Assembly (NCBI GenBank): GCA_031370645.1
Contig: JANMQV010000152.1
Coordinates: 64,001-128,000, forward strand
Length of the DNA stretch: 64,000 nt
Reading direction: 5' to 3'
Source: Candidatus Eiseniibacteriota bacterium
Lineage (GTDB): Bacteria; Eisenbacteria; RBG-16-71-46; SZUA-252
How positions within the stretch are numbered: the stretch's first letter is position 1; each line of letters starts with the position of its first letter. Under the pieces are notes generated by a model that saw only the letters and a program-made list of their open reading frames with translations, searched no databases and had not been told where the DNA came from. The position numbers were made by a program, and so were the translations under genes. Below, in pieces: positions 47,250 through 59,226 of the stretch.

Positions 47250-47711
47250 GTGGGCGAAGTGCTAAGCCTCGAAGACGCACTCCGCCGCCGCGCATCGGTG
47301 CGCGTAAGAGGCATGAAGTTCGTGTTCACGAATGGTTGCTTCGATCTCATTCATCCGGGGCATGTGGCGCTGTTGCGGGAGGCACGGAAGCAGGGCGATT
47401 ACCTACTGGTCGCGATCAACAGCGATCGCTCTGCGCGCGGATTGAAGGGCGAGGGAAGGCCGGTGCAGAACGAAGCGGATCGGGCCGAAGTACTCGCCGC
47501 GATGCGCGATGTCGATGGGGTCGTGGTGTTCGACGAGGAGACACCGGCGAAGGTGATCGAAGCGATCAAGCCGGATGTGCTGGTGAAGGGTGGGGACTAC
47601 ACGCCGGACAACGTCGTCGGGCGTGAAGTCGTGGAGAAGGCTGGCGGCCGCGTCCACATCGTGCCACTCGTACCGGGGAAGAGCTCCAGCGCCCTCGCTG
47701 GGAATGCCTAA
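47250..47711 (+). CDS. rfaE2: Heptose-1-phosphate adenylyltransferase (RfaE domain II)
   Basis: FTNGCFDLIHPGH, NSD, KGGDY. Confidence 0.93.
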   Translation: MGEVLSLEDALRRRASVRVRGMKFVFTNGCFDLIHPGHVALLREARKQGDYLLVAINSDRSARGLKGEGRPVQNEADRAEVLAAMRDVDGVVVFDEETPAKVIEAIKPDVLVKGGDYTPDNVVGREVVEKAGGRVHIVPLVPGKSSSALAGNA

Positions 47712-47720
47712 TAGCAGCGC

Positions 47721-48941
<1,221 letters not shown>

Positions 48942-48948
48942 GGCCGCG

Positions 48949-50271
48949 CTACCTCCCTCCGCCCGAGCGGCCGCCGCCGGTGTTACCGCCGCGCTGACCG
49001 CCACCGCCGGGTGCCGGCTGGAACGGATTCGTCGTCTGTTTCTTTCCGTTATCCACTACTTCCTGTCCCACGACGACCATGGCGCCCTCGTCCAACGAGC
49101 CCGGAAGGAGTTCGGTAAGCGTGCCGTCGGTGATCCCGACGCGAACGTGGACCGCCTTGGGCGCCTTCTTGCCGCTCGAATCGGCGAGCACGTAGACCGT
49201 AGCGGGGCGACCGGGGCGAGCTTCGCGCATCGCGCGTCCGCCCTTGCCGCCGGCGCTCGTGTCGGCGCCGGCGCCACCGCCACCGCGGCCCGCTCGCGCC
49301 CCACGACCACTCGTGCCTTCCGCCATACCGGCGCCGCTACCACCACCACCGCCGGCCCGCGCATTGAGCGGCCGGAAGCGGAGCGCGGCGTTCGGCACCT
49401 TCAACGCCTCAGGCCGCGACGCCGAAACGATCGTCACGTTTGCCGTCATCCCGGGGAGAAGTTTTGAATCAGCGTTCGGCACGCGCGAAACGACGATGTA
49501 GGAAACCACGCCCGCCTCGGTGATCGGCTCGGCGCGGATCTGGCGCACGTGTCCTTCGAACACGCGATCCGGAAACGCATCGACCGAGAAGGAGATTGGC
49601 ATTCCGTCTTCCACCTGCCCGATGTCCGCTTCATCGACGCGCGACTCCAACTCCATCTCGGTCAGATCGCGCGCGAGCGTGAAGAGGTTCGGCGACTGCA
49701 AACTCGCCGCCACCGTCTGTCCGACATCGATATTCCGAGCGATCACCGTCCCCGAAATCGGAGCCGTGATCGTCGTGTTCGCCATGTTCACGCGCGCACG
49801 CTCGGCGGAAGCCTGGGCCTGACGGAGATCGGCGCGTCGCGAATCAACCAAAGCCTGCGCCGTTTCGAGATCGGTCTTCGCGATCAGTCCCTGCGCCATG
49901 AGGTCCTTCGCCCGCTTAAGACCGCGCTCCCCATCGGCCAGCTGCACCTTGGCTTTTTCGATCGCGGCATCGGCCTCGCCCCACGCCGCGCGGAACAATG
50001 AAGGTTCGATCTGCGCCAAGACCTGTCCCTTCTTCACGCGATCGTTGTAATCGACGTTCACCTTCGCCAGCGTTCCCGAAACCTGGCTCCCGACCTCCAC
50101 CTGATCAACCGGATTGAGCGTCCCCGTGGCGGAGACCTGGCTCTGGATCGGCCCGCGCGAAACGGCCGCTTCCCGGTACTGCGCCGGTTTCGCTTTTCCG
50201 CGCCACGGACCGAACCAACCGACCGCTACCGCCACCCCGATGCACACCGCGATCCATGCGCCACGCTTCAT
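48949..50271 (-). CDS. MacA-like periplasmic adaptor
   Basis: VGSQVSG, VKKGQVLA, APISG, GQTVAASL, PGMTA; Gly-rich insert. Confidence 0.92.
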   Translation of the reverse strand: MKRGAWIAVCIGVAVAVGWFGPWRGKAKPAQYREAAVSRGPIQSQVSATGTLNPVDQVEVGSQVSGTLAKVNVDYNDRVKKGQVLAQIEPSLFRAAWGEADAAIEKAKVQLADGERGLKRAKDLMAQGLIAKTDLETAQALVDSRRADLRQAQASAERARVNMANTTITAPISGTVIARNIDVGQTVAASLQSPNLFTLARDLTEMELESRVDEADIGQVEDGMPISFSVDAFPDRVFEGHVRQIRAEPITEAGVVSYIVVSRVPNADSKLLPGMTANVTIVSASRPEALKVPNAALRFRPLNARAGGGGGSGAGMAEGTSGRGARAGRGGGGAGADTSAGGKGGRAMREARPGRPATVYVLADSSGKKAPKAVHVRVGITDGTLTELLPGSLDEGAMVVVGQEVVDNGKKQTTNPFQPAPGGGGQRGGNTGGGRSGGGR

Positions 50272-50320
50272 CCGGACCAAACTCCTCCATAGGGCCCGGA
50301 AATGGCGTCCGGGCGCACCC

Positions 50321-50350
50321 TTGACAGCCCCGGTAGGGGGCGGGTAACGT
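50321..50350 (+). promoter_or_regulatory. Sigma70 promoter of the COG2403-sucCD operon
   Basis: TTGACA-N18-TAACGT. Confidence 0.55.
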
Positions 50351-50494
50351 CCATTGATTTCCTAGGATTTGAGAAACACCGACGTGCTTCGTCCGGGGCC
50401 GTCCTCGCCGTGGCGAGCGCCTCGAAGCTCCCGCCGCACCGATGCCGTGTCCGTACCCGGCGGCCCCCGGTCACTTTCCACCTTTGAAGGAGGC

Positions 50495-51940
50495 ATGCCT
50501 CGAGTGAAACGGACACGTCGTGTGGTAATTATGGGCGCCGGTGGGCGCGATTTCCATAACTTCAATGTTTTCTTCAAGAACCGGGCGGAGTACGAGGTCG
50601 TGGCGTTCACCGCTTCGGCCCAAATTCCGGGGATCGACGACCGCCGCTACCCGCGTTCGCTCGCCGGCCCCCGGTACCCCAAGGGGATTCCGATCTACTC
50701 CGAGCAGGAGCTCCCGGAACTGATCCGCGACGAGAACGTCGACCTGGTGGTCTTCGCCTACAGCGACGTCTCGCACGAATACGTGATGCACAAGGCCTCC
50801 TGGGTGATGGGCATGGGCCCCGATTTCATGCTCATGGGCCCCGGCACCACCATGCTGAAGAGCAAAGTCCCGGTCGTCGCCGTGAACGCGGTTCGGACCG
50901 GCGCCGGGAAGAGCCAGACCACCCGGCGCGTTTGCGAGATCTTGAAGGCGATGGGGAAGAAGGTCGTCGCCATCCGCCATCCGATGCCGTACGGCAATCT
51001 CGCCCACCAGGGAGTTCAGCGCTTCGCCACCTACGCCGATCTCGACCGTCACAAGTGCACCATCGAGGAGCGAGAAGAGTACGAACCGCATCTCGACCGC
51101 GGCACGATTGTCTACGCGGGCGTCGACTACGCCGAGATTCTCGCCAAGGCGGAGAAGGAAGCCGACGTCATCGTCTGGGACGGCGGCAACAACGACTTCT
51201 CCTTCTATAAGCCCGACCTTCAAGTCGTCGTGGCCGACCCGCATCGTCCCGGCCACGAGCGCACCTACCATCCCGGCGAAACGAACATTCGCTTAGCCGA
51301 CGTCGTGGTCTTGAACAAGATCGACTCCTCCGATCCCGCGAACGTGGAGAAGGTTCGTGCCTCGGTGGCGCAGATCAATCCGAACGCCGTGATCGTTGAC
51401 GCCGCGTCGCCGATTTCGGTCGATCGTCCCGAATTGATCAAGGGACATCGCGCGCTGGTCATCGAGGACGGCCCGACCCTGACGCACGGCGAAATGAAGT
51501 ACGGCGCCGGCGTCATCGCCGCGAAGAAGCATGGTGCGCGCGAAATCGTCGATCCGCGCCCCTGGCTTGTCGGTTCGCTTCGGGACACGTTCAATCAGTA
51601 CCCCAACATCGGCGCCTTGCTCCCGGCCATGGGGTACTCGAACGAACAGATTCGCGACATGGAGCGGACGGTGAACGCGACCGAATGCGACGTCGTCATC
51701 GTCGCGACGCCGATCGATCTCCGCCGCCTGATCAAGATCAAGCATCCGGCGGTCCGCGTCGGGTACGAATTGCAGGAAATAGGCACGCCCACGCTCCACG
51801 ACGCCATCGCCGACGCGCTCGCGCGTCTCGGGAAGGGCCATGCACCCGCGCGGAAGGGCGCCCCGGCCACGAAGGCCGCGAAGGCCGCGAAGAAGGCTCC
51901 TGCCCGGAAGACTGCGAAGGCCACTCGGAGACGGAAATGA
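50495..51940 (+). CDS. COG2403 P-loop protein (arginine synthetase ArcE / cyclic-2,3-DPG synthetase-like) with Lys/Ala tail
   Basis: GAGGRDFHNFN, RTGAGKSQT, RHPMPYG, EEREEYE, WDGGNND, EDGPTLTHG; GAAGGAGG RBS. Confidence 0.8.
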   Translation: MPRVKRTRRVVIMGAGGRDFHNFNVFFKNRAEYEVVAFTASAQIPGIDDRRYPRSLAGPRYPKGIPIYSEQELPELIRDENVDLVVFAYSDVSHEYVMHKASWVMGMGPDFMLMGPGTTMLKSKVPVVAVNAVRTGAGKSQTTRRVCEILKAMGKKVVAIRHPMPYGNLAHQGVQRFATYADLDRHKCTIEEREEYEPHLDRGTIVYAGVDYAEILAKAEKEADVIVWDGGNNDFSFYKPDLQVVVADPHRPGHERTYHPGETNIRLADVVVLNKIDSSDPANVEKVRASVAQINPNAVIVDAASPISVDRPELIKGHRALVIEDGPTLTHGEMKYGAGVIAAKKHGAREIVDPRPWLVGSLRDTFNQYPNIGALLPAMGYSNEQIRDMERTVNATECDVVIVATPIDLRRLIKIKHPAVRVGYELQEIGTPTLHDAIADALARLGKGHAPARKGAPATKAAKAAKKAPARKTAKATRRRK

Positions 51941-53073
51941 ACCTCCACGAATACCAGGGCAAGGACGTCTTCCGCGCGGGCGGCATTCCCGTTCCGCCGG
52001 GCGAGGTCGCGCGCACCGTCGAGGAGGCCGAGACGTTCGCAGCCCGACTCGGATTCCCGGTCGTGATCAAGGCACAGGTCTTGATCGGCGGCCGCGGCAA
52101 GGCGGGCGGCGTGAAGGTCGTGAAGAACGGCCAGGATTTCACGCGCGAAGCGGGGCGCATCCTCGGCATGGACATCAAGGGACACGCGGTGCGGAAAATT
52201 CTCATCACGCCCGCGACCGCAATCGACAAGGAGTTCTACGCGGGGATCGTCCTCGACCGGAAGTACGAGACGCCGCTCCTCATGGTGAGCCCCGCCGGCG
52301 GCGTGGACATCGAGGACGTGGCGCGCCAGACGCCGGAGAAGATCCTTCGCCTCCACTTGGACGAGCGCGGGCTCCCGGCGTATCGGGCGCGGGCCGCGGC
52401 GCGGTTCCTCGATCCGCGCCCCAAGGTGCAGAAGCAACTCGCGAGCGTGATCTCCAAACTCGCGAAGGTCTACTACAGCCGGGACTGCTCGCTCGCGGAG
52501 ATCAACCCGCTCGTCGTGACGCCGTCGGAGGAGGTCTGGGCTCTCGACGCGAAGGTCGTCATCGACGACAACGCGCTCGACCGTCACGCCGATCTCGCCG
52601 ACATGCGCGATTTGGGCGCCGAGGATCCGGGCGAAGTCGAATCGCGCGAGAAGGGGCTCTCCTACGTGCGGCTCGAGGGCTCGATCGGCTGCGTGGTGAA
52701 CGGCGCCGGGCTCGCCATGGCGACGATGGATCTCATCCAGTTCCACGGCGGGAAGCCGGCTAACTTCCTCGACATCGGCGGCTCGTCGAATCCCGACAAG
52801 GTGACGGCGGCCATGAACATTCTCACGAGAGACCAGCGCGTTCGCGCGGTGCTCTTCAACATTTTCGGCGGCATTACGCGCTGCGACGACGTGGCGCGCG
52901 GACTCCTCGCCGCGCTCGACCGGATCGGCACCAAGCTTCCGATCGTGATCCGGCTCACCGGCACGAACGAGAAGGAAGCGCGCGCGTTGCTGAGCGCGCG
53001 CGGCATGACGGCGTTGAGCGACATGGACGAGGCGGTTCGCTCGGTGATTGCGCGCGCGGCGGAGGCGGCGTGA
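51937..53073 (+). CDS. sucC: Succinyl-CoA synthetase beta subunit
   Basis: [31 protein letters not shown]. Confidence 0.95.
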   Translation: MNLHEYQGKDVFRAGGIPVPPGEVARTVEEAETFAARLGFPVVIKAQVLIGGRGKAGGVKVVKNGQDFTREAGRILGMDIKGHAVRKILITPATAIDKEFYAGIVLDRKYETPLLMVSPAGGVDIEDVARQTPEKILRLHLDERGLPAYRARAAARFLDPRPKVQKQLASVISKLAKVYYSRDCSLAEINPLVVTPSEEVWALDAKVVIDDNALDRHADLADMRDLGAEDPGEVESREKGLSYVRLEGSIGCVVNGAGLAMATMDLIQFHGGKPANFLDIGGSSNPDKVTAAMNILTRDQRVRAVLFNIFGGITRCDDVARGLLAALDRIGTKLPIVIRLTGTNEKEARALLSARGMTALSDMDEAVRSVIARAAEAA

Positions 53074-54176
53074 GCATTTTCGTCGGACGCGATTCGCGCG
53101 TACTCGTGCAGGGAATCACCGGCCGCGACGGCTCGTTCCACGCGCGCGGCATGAAGGAATACGGCACCAAGGTCGTCGCGGGCGTCACCCCCGGCAAGGG
53201 CGGGACGAACCTCGACGGCATCCCGGTCTTCGACTCGGTGGACGAAGCGGTAGCTCGGACGAAGGCGAACGTCGCGGTGATCTACGTTCCGGCGCCGTTG
53301 GCGCAGGACGCGATCTACGAAGCGGTCGACGCCGAGATCCCGCTCGTCGTCTGCATCACCGAGGGAGTCCCGATTCGCGACATGATCGAAGTCGCGAGCT
53401 ATCTCCGCGGCAAGTCGACGCGCTTGATCGGCCCGAATTGCCCCGGCCTCATCACGCCGGGTCAGTGCAAGGTCGGCATCATGCCGGGCTTCATCCATGT
53501 GCCCGGCAGGATCGGGCTCGTGAGCCGAAGCGGAACGCTGACCTACGAAGTCGTCTGGCAGCTGACGCGCGCCAAGATGGGGCAGTCGACCTGTATCGGC
53601 ATCGGCGGCGACCCGATCGTCGGCACGCGCTTCGTCGATACGCTCGCGCAGTTCGAGGCCGACGACGACACCGACGCGATCGTCTTGATCGGCGAAATCG
53701 GCGGAACCGACGAGGAAGACGCGGCGGCCCTGATCGAGAAGCACATCTCGAAGCCGGTCGTTGCCTTCATCGCGGGCCAGACCGCACCCGCCGGGAAGCG
53801 GATGGGACACGCCGGCGCCATCGTTTCGGGCGGGGCGGGAACGGCGGCGGAGAAGATGGCGCGCTTCGAGCGCGCGGGAGTGCCGGTGGCGAGGGTGCCG
53901 TCTGAGATCCCGGGGCTCGTCGCCGCGGCGCTCGCCAAGCGGGCGAAGAAGGCGGGGCTGAAGGTTGTCATGGGTGGGGTTGTGATGGGCGGAAAGGGCG
54001 TGAAGAAGAGCGCTCCCAAGTCCGCCGCGAGGCCGGTGAAGAAGCCGGCGAAGAAGCCGGCCAAGAAATCGGCTCCGAAAGCCGCGAAGCGCTCGGCGAA
54101 GCCGGCCGCGCGTAAATCCTCGCCGAAGAAGTCGGCATCCAAGAAGAAGGCCGTCGCGAAGAAGGGCCGGCACTAG
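53070..54176 (+). CDS. sucD: Succinyl-CoA synthetase alpha subunit with Lys-rich tail
   Basis: [26 protein letters not shown]. Confidence 0.95.
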   Translation: MSIFVGRDSRVLVQGITGRDGSFHARGMKEYGTKVVAGVTPGKGGTNLDGIPVFDSVDEAVARTKANVAVIYVPAPLAQDAIYEAVDAEIPLVVCITEGVPIRDMIEVASYLRGKSTRLIGPNCPGLITPGQCKVGIMPGFIHVPGRIGLVSRSGTLTYEVVWQLTRAKMGQSTCIGIGGDPIVGTRFVDTLAQFEADDDTDAIVLIGEIGGTDEEDAAALIEKHISKPVVAFIAGQTAPAGKRMGHAGAIVSGGAGTAAEKMARFERAGVPVARVPSEIPGLVAAALAKRAKKAGLKVVMGGVVMGGKGVKKSAPKSAARPVKKPAKKPAKKSAPKAAKRSAKPAARKSSPKKSASKKKAVAKKGRH

Positions 54177-54198
54177 CCCACGGCGATCGTGAAATCAT

Positions 54199-54236
54199 CG
54201 CCGCGGCCGGCCCGTCGCGCCGGCCGCGGCGTTTCC
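54199..54236 (+). terminator. GC hairpin after sucD
   Basis: 13-bp stem CGCCGCGGCCGGC/GCCGGCCGCGGCG followed by a short TTT. Confidence 0.5.
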
Positions 54237-54271
54237 TATCCCAACCAGGCGACGCCAACCGGAGGAATCCC

Positions 54272-54694
54272 GTGTCGATGCAAGAGACGCTGTTCATGAT
54301 CAAGCCCGACGCCGTCAAGGGACGGAAGATCGGCCTCATCCTCGCCAAGATCGAAGAGGCGGGATTCGAGATCGTCGAGATGCGCCAGGTTCGCCTGACG
54401 GCCGACCAGGCTCGCCGCTTCTATGCCGTGCACGAAGGAAAGCCGTTCCTGAACGAACTGGTCGCCTTCATGTCATCGGGTCCCGCCGTGCCGTGCCGCC
54501 TCCGCCGCGAGAACGCGGTGCTCGGCCTCCGCGAACTGATCGGCGCTACCGACCCGAAGGAAGCGAAGCCGGGCACGATCCGCGCGCTCTACGCCGAGAG
54601 CAAGGGGCTGAACGCGGTCCATGCCTCGGATTCACCGGAAAACGCTGCGATCGAAATCGAGTTCATGTTCGGGGCCGTAGGAGCCACTCGTTAG
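54272..54694 (+). CDS. ndk: Nucleoside diphosphate kinase
   Basis: IKPDAV, FYAVH, PGTIR, NAVHASDS. Confidence 0.96.
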   Translation: MSMQETLFMIKPDAVKGRKIGLILAKIEEAGFEIVEMRQVRLTADQARRFYAVHEGKPFLNELVAFMSSGPAVPCRLRRENAVLGLRELIGATDPKEAKPGTIRALYAESKGLNAVHASDSPENAAIEIEFMFGAVGATR

Positions 54695-54721
54695 GCCCGG
54701 ACTGACGCCGAGGAAGCCATT

Positions 54722-55207
54722 GTGAATATCGACCTAAGAGAACTCCCCGACGGCCTTTCCACCCTCGAACTCGAGCTTCCGGGCGAGGCGTTCGGGCTGG
54801 CCAAGACGGAAGTCGAGCTGGAGGGGCCGCTTCAGGTCCAACTGATCCTCGACAGGCGGGAGGACGAGATCTGGGTCCGGGGCAAAGCTCAGGGCGCGGC
54901 GCGGCAGGAGTGCTCCCGATGCCTGGTGGAATACGCCCAGAATCTCGAATTGGAGTTCGATGTCTTCTGTGCTAAGGTATCTAATCCCAACGTGGTGAGC
55001 CACAAGGCCGTAGACGAAGAGGATGGGGGCATTCACACCCACGACGGCCGGGTTCTCTCCATTGACGGCGAGATCCGGGAGGCCGTGATTTTGGCGCTTC
55101 CGATGAAACCGCTCTGCCGGGAAGCCTGCGCGGGACTCTGTCCACGCTGCGGCGAAGATCTGAACCAGGGCCCTTGCCGCTGCGCACGCGCCGCGGCCGG
55201 GGGATGA
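54722..55207 (+). CDS. yceD: DUF177/YceD protein
   Basis: CSRCL, PMKPLCREACAGLCPRCG; precedes rpmF. Confidence 0.9.
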   Translation: MNIDLRELPDGLSTLELELPGEAFGLAKTEVELEGPLQVQLILDRREDEIWVRGKAQGAARQECSRCLVEYAQNLELEFDVFCAKVSNPNVVSHKAVDEEDGGIHTHDGRVLSIDGEIREAVILALPMKPLCREACAGLCPRCGEDLNQGPCRCARAAAGG

Positions 55208-55263
55208 GACGCGCCCGGACCGGCCCGGGACCAAGCGCGCCCCGCAACCAGAGGATGTAGCGA

Positions 55264-55455
55264 ATGGCAGTTCCCAAGCGACGCCACTCCAGCACCCGAG
55301 GCAAGAACCGCCGCACGAACTGGAAGTTGCGGAAGCCCTCGAGGTCGCTCTGCTCGCACTGCAGCCAGCCCAAGCTTCCGCATCGGGTCTGCGCGCACTG
55401 CGGTTATTACGCCGGCGAAGAGGTGATCGTTCAGGAGTCCGCCCGCACCGCGTAG
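55264..55455 (+). CDS. rpmF: 50S ribosomal protein L32
   Basis: MAVPKRRHS...CSHC...PHRVCAHCGYY. Confidence 0.96.
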   Translation: MAVPKRRHSSTRGKNRRTNWKLRKPSRSLCSHCSQPKLPHRVCAHCGYYAGEEVIVQESARTA

Positions 55456-55468
55456 CCTCCCAACGACG

Positions 55469-56500
55469 ATGGACCAGGGACGGAAGCGACCGGTCATCGG
55501 GGTGGACGCCATGGGCGGCGACCTCGCACCCCGCGTGAACATCCAAGGGGCGCTCGAGGCGATTGCCGAATCCGCGTCCGCGTTCGACGTGGTCTTGGTG
55601 GGCGACGAAACGGCCATCCGCGAAGAAGCGAAGCGGCTCGGCGTCACCGATCGGCTTCCGCGCGTCATTCACGCGGCGGAGCAGGTCGAGATGTCCGAAC
55701 ACGCGGCGCAAGCCGTCCGGAAGAAGCGCGACTCCTCCATCGTCGTCTGCGCGCGTCTTCACAAAGCGGGCGAGGTCGACGCGATCGTCTCGGCCGGCAA
55801 CACCGGTGCCGTCGTCGCGTCGGGTCTCTTCGAACTCGGACGCATCGAACAGATTCAGCGGCCCGCCATCGCCACCGTGCTTCCGACGCCTCAAGGAAAC
55901 GTGGTGATCCTGGACGTCGGCGCCACCTCCGACTGCAAACCCGCCCACCTCGCCCAATTCGCCATCATGGGGAGCATCTACGCGCGGCTCGTTCTGAAGA
56001 TCGAGAAGCCGCGGGTCGGGCTCCTGAACATCGGTGAAGAGGCAGAAAAAGGGAGCGAGCTCTACTACGAGGCGCATCAGCTCCTCAAGCGGAGCCCGGT
56101 CCACTTCGTCGGAAACATCGAAGGGCGTGAAGTCATTCTCGGCACCGCCGACGTCGTCGTCTGCGACGGCTTCGTCGGCAACGTGTTGCTCAAATTCGCG
56201 GAGAGCGTCATTCCGAGCATTTCGACGATGATCAAGGACGAGATCGCGGCCCATCCGCTGAGCGCCATGGCCGGGCTTCTTCTAAAGCCGGCGTTCCGGC
56301 GCTTGAAGCGGAAGCTCGACTATGCAGAGGTCGGCGGCGCTCCTCTTCTCGGCGTGGCCGGCACCTGCATCATCGCGCACGGCCGTTCCAACGTCCGCGC
56401 CATCAAGAACGCCATCAAAGTGGCGGCGCGCTGCGCCGAGGCGCGCGTGGCCGACTCCATTCGCGATCAGTTGCGAGGACTGGAGCCGCAAGCCGCATGA
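55469..56500 (+). CDS. plsX: Phosphate acyltransferase PlsX
   Basis: DAMGGD, SAGNTGA, GLLNIGEE, DGFVGN, AHGRS. Confidence 0.97.
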   Translation: MDQGRKRPVIGVDAMGGDLAPRVNIQGALEAIAESASAFDVVLVGDETAIREEAKRLGVTDRLPRVIHAAEQVEMSEHAAQAVRKKRDSSIVVCARLHKAGEVDAIVSAGNTGAVVASGLFELGRIEQIQRPAIATVLPTPQGNVVILDVGATSDCKPAHLAQFAIMGSIYARLVLKIEKPRVGLLNIGEEAEKGSELYYEAHQLLKRSPVHFVGNIEGREVILGTADVVVCDGFVGNVLLKFAESVIPSISTMIKDEIAAHPLSAMAGLLLKPAFRRLKRKLDYAEVGGAPLLGVAGTCIIAHGRSNVRAIKNAIKVAARCAEARVADSIRDQLRGLEPQAA

Positions 56501-57489
56501 TCGCACCCGCCCGCGACGTCCACATCATCGGCACCGGCTCCTACACACCGTCGCACGTGCTCACAAACAAGGATCTCGAGGCGATCGTCGATACGTCGGA
56601 CGAGTGGATCGTCTCCCGCACCGGCATCCGCGAACGCCGCATTTCCGATCCGAAGACGCCTTCCTCGTTCCTTGCGTCCGAGGCGGCGAAGCGCGCCCTC
56701 GCCGACGCCGGCGTTGCTCCCATGGAGCTCGATCAGATCATTGTTGGAACCGTGACGGGCGATCGCATTTTCCCCTCGACGGCTTGCCGCGTGCAGGACG
56801 ACCTCGGAGCGAAGAACGCGCACGCCTTCGACGTCTCCGCCGCGTGCGCTGGATTTCTCTACGGACTCTCGGTCGGGCGCGACTCCATTCGCTCGGGCTC
56901 GGCGAACACGGTGCTCGTGGTGGGTGTGGAGACGTTGAGCAAGATCGTCAACTGGACGGACCGAAACACCTGTGTGCTCTTCGGCGACGCCGCGGGCGCG
57001 GTGGTGCTTCGCTCCACGGGACAATCGGGCGGCATTCTCGCGACACGGGTCCATAGCGACGGCTCGCTCGTCCATCTTCTCGAGATGCCGGCGGGCGGAT
57101 CGCTGATGCCGCCGTCGCATCAAACGGTCGAGGCGCGGCTCCACACGATCCACATGAGCGGGAACGACGTCTTCAAGCACGCGGTGCGCGCCATGCAGTC
57201 GGTCGCGATCGAGACGCTGGAAGCGGCTGGACGCACGGCGGAGGATCTGACGCTCCTCGTGCCGCATCAGGCGAATCTTCGAATCGTCGAGGCCACCGCC
57301 CACCGGCTCGGCGTGCCGATGGAAAAGGTCTTCGTGAATCTCGAGAAGTACGGCAACACCTCGTCGGCCTCGATTCCCTTGGCACTCGATGAAGCGCGTC
57401 GCTCGGGGCGAATCAAGGCGGGCGACCTGGTGGCGATGGTCACGTTCGGAGGCGGCTTCACGTGGGCCTCGGCGGTGGTGGAATGGTGA
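56497..57489 (+). CDS. fabH: Beta-ketoacyl-ACP synthase III
   Basis: AACAGF, FGDAAGA, PHQAN, GNTSSAS. Confidence 0.96.
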   Translation: MIAPARDVHIIGTGSYTPSHVLTNKDLEAIVDTSDEWIVSRTGIRERRISDPKTPSSFLASEAAKRALADAGVAPMELDQIIVGTVTGDRIFPSTACRVQDDLGAKNAHAFDVSAACAGFLYGLSVGRDSIRSGSANTVLVVGVETLSKIVNWTDRNTCVLFGDAAGAVVLRSTGQSGGILATRVHSDGSLVHLLEMPAGGSLMPPSHQTVEARLHTIHMSGNDVFKHAVRAMQSVAIETLEAAGRTAEDLTLLVPHQANLRIVEATAHRLGVPMEKVFVNLEKYGNTSSASIPLALDEARRSGRIKAGDLVAMVTFGGGFTWASAVVEW

Positions 57490-58433
57490 GCGCCGCGGCC
57501 GCGTTTCTATTCCCGGGGCAGGGTTCGCAGGCGGTCGGCATGGGGAAGGCGCTCGCCGAGCGCTATCCCGAAGCGCGCGCCGTCTTCGCGGAGGCCGATC
57601 AGGTACTGGGATTCGCGCTCTCGACGCTCTGCTTCGAAGGGCCGGTCGAGGAATTGACGCAGACGCAGAACACGCAGCCGGCGCTCCTCGTCACGAGTGT
57701 CGCGGCCTACCGCGTCCTCGAAGCGCGCGGGGTGCGGCCTTCGTGCGCGGCGGGGCATAGCGCGGGCGAATACGCGGCGCACGTCGCGGCGGGCTCGCTC
57801 ACGTTCGCCGACGGATTACGACTGATTCGCCGGCGCGGGGAGGCGATGGCGGGCGCGGGTTCCACTCGCCCGGGCTCGATGATGGCGATTCTCGGACTGA
57901 CGGGGGAGCAGATCGACGAGGTGCTTCGCGCGGTGAATCTCCCGCGGGATCTCGCGGCCGCGAACTACAACTCGCCGGGGCAGGTCGTCCTGTCGGGGAC
58001 GCCGGAGGCGCTGTTGCGAGCCGGTGAGGAGGCGAAGAAACTCGGCGCGAAGAAAGTGATCCCGCTCCAGGTGAGCGCGGCGTTTCACTCGCCGCTCATG
58101 GAGACCGCGGTCGCGTCGCTCAACGAAGCGCTCGACGCCGTGCCGATCGCGAAGGCCGCCTTCCCGGTCTACGCGAACGTCTCGGCTGAGCCGGTCAGCG
58201 ATCCGGAGGCGATCCGCTCCACGCTTCGCGCGCAGTTGCTCGGGGCGGTTCGCTGGGAGCAGACGCTTCGCGCCATGATCGCGACGGGCGTCCGTTCGTT
58301 CGTCGAAGTCGGGCACGGGAAGATCCTTCGCGGGCTCGTGCGCGGCGTGGACAAGGAAGCGACCCTTTTTGGATCGGACGAGCCGGAGACGCTCGAAGCG
58401 GCCGCCCAGGCGCTGGCGGGAGCCCACGCGTGA
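57483..58433 (+). CDS. fabD: Malonyl-CoA:ACP transacylase
   Basis: FPGQGSQ, GHSAGE, SAAFHS. Confidence 0.96.
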   Translation: MVSAAAAFLFPGQGSQAVGMGKALAERYPEARAVFAEADQVLGFALSTLCFEGPVEELTQTQNTQPALLVTSVAAYRVLEARGVRPSCAAGHSAGEYAAHVAAGSLTFADGLRLIRRRGEAMAGAGSTRPGSMMAILGLTGEQIDEVLRAVNLPRDLAAANYNSPGQVVLSGTPEALLRAGEEAKKLGAKKVIPLQVSAAFHSPLMETAVASLNEALDAVPIAKAAFPVYANVSAEPVSDPEAIRSTLRAQLLGAVRWEQTLRAMIATGVRSFVEVGHGKILRGLVRGVDKEATLFGSDEPETLEAAAQALAGAHA

Positions 58434-59176
58434 CCAAGGCGATGGAAGGACGCGTCGCCGTCGTCACCGGAGGGGGGAAGGGGATCGGACTCGCCATCGC
58501 GCGGACCTTCCGCGACGCGGGGGCCGCGGTGGTTGTGACGGGACGGGATCAAGTCGCGCTCGACGCCTTCGTCGCGGAGACGACGGCGGCCGGCGGACGC
58601 GCGATCTCGGTCGTGGCCGACATGGCGAAGGCGGGAGAAGCCGACCGCGTCTGCGCCGCCACGCTCGAGGCGTACGGAAAAGCGGATTGCCTGGTGAACA
58701 ACGCGGGCATCACGCGCGACGGACTCCTGGTCCGCATGTCGGACGAGGACTGGGACGCGGTGCTCGACACGAATCTGAAGGGGGCCTTTCGCGCCATTCG
58801 CGCCTTCACGCGCCCGATGATGAAAGCGCGCTGGGGACGGATCGTGAACATCACGTCGGTCATCGGATTGATCGGAAACGCGGGGCAGGCGAACTATGCC
58901 GCCTCCAAAGCGGGTTTGATCGGTCTGACGAAGGCGGTTGCGAAGGAATTGGCCTCTCGTCATATTACGGTGAACGCCGTGGCGCCGGGGTTCATCGAAA
59001 CGGCGATGACCGAAGCGCTCGGAGAAAACGTGCGGGCAGGGCTTCAAGCCCAGATCCCGCTCGGCCGGCTTGGATCGGCCGTAGACGTGGCGCACGCGGT
59101 GGCCTTCCTCTGCTCGGAGGACGCCGGGTACGTCACGGGACAAGTGCTGCCGGTCGACGGCGGCATGGTGATGTAG
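58430..59176 (+). CDS. fabG: 3-oxoacyl-ACP reductase
   Basis: TGGGKGIG, NNAGITRD, YAASK. Confidence 0.96.
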   Translation: MTKAMEGRVAVVTGGGKGIGLAIARTFRDAGAAVVVTGRDQVALDAFVAETTAAGGRAISVVADMAKAGEADRVCAATLEAYGKADCLVNNAGITRDGLLVRMSDEDWDAVLDTNLKGAFRAIRAFTRPMMKARWGRIVNITSVIGLIGNAGQANYAASKAGLIGLTKAVAKELASRHITVNAVAPGFIETAMTEALGENVRAGLQAQIPLGRLGSAVDVAHAVAFLCSEDAGYVTGQVLPVDGGMVM

Positions 59177-59226
59177 GCGCGTTCTCGCAACGGCGGGAAT
59201 GCAACGAACGGGAGGTGTAGAAGCGT

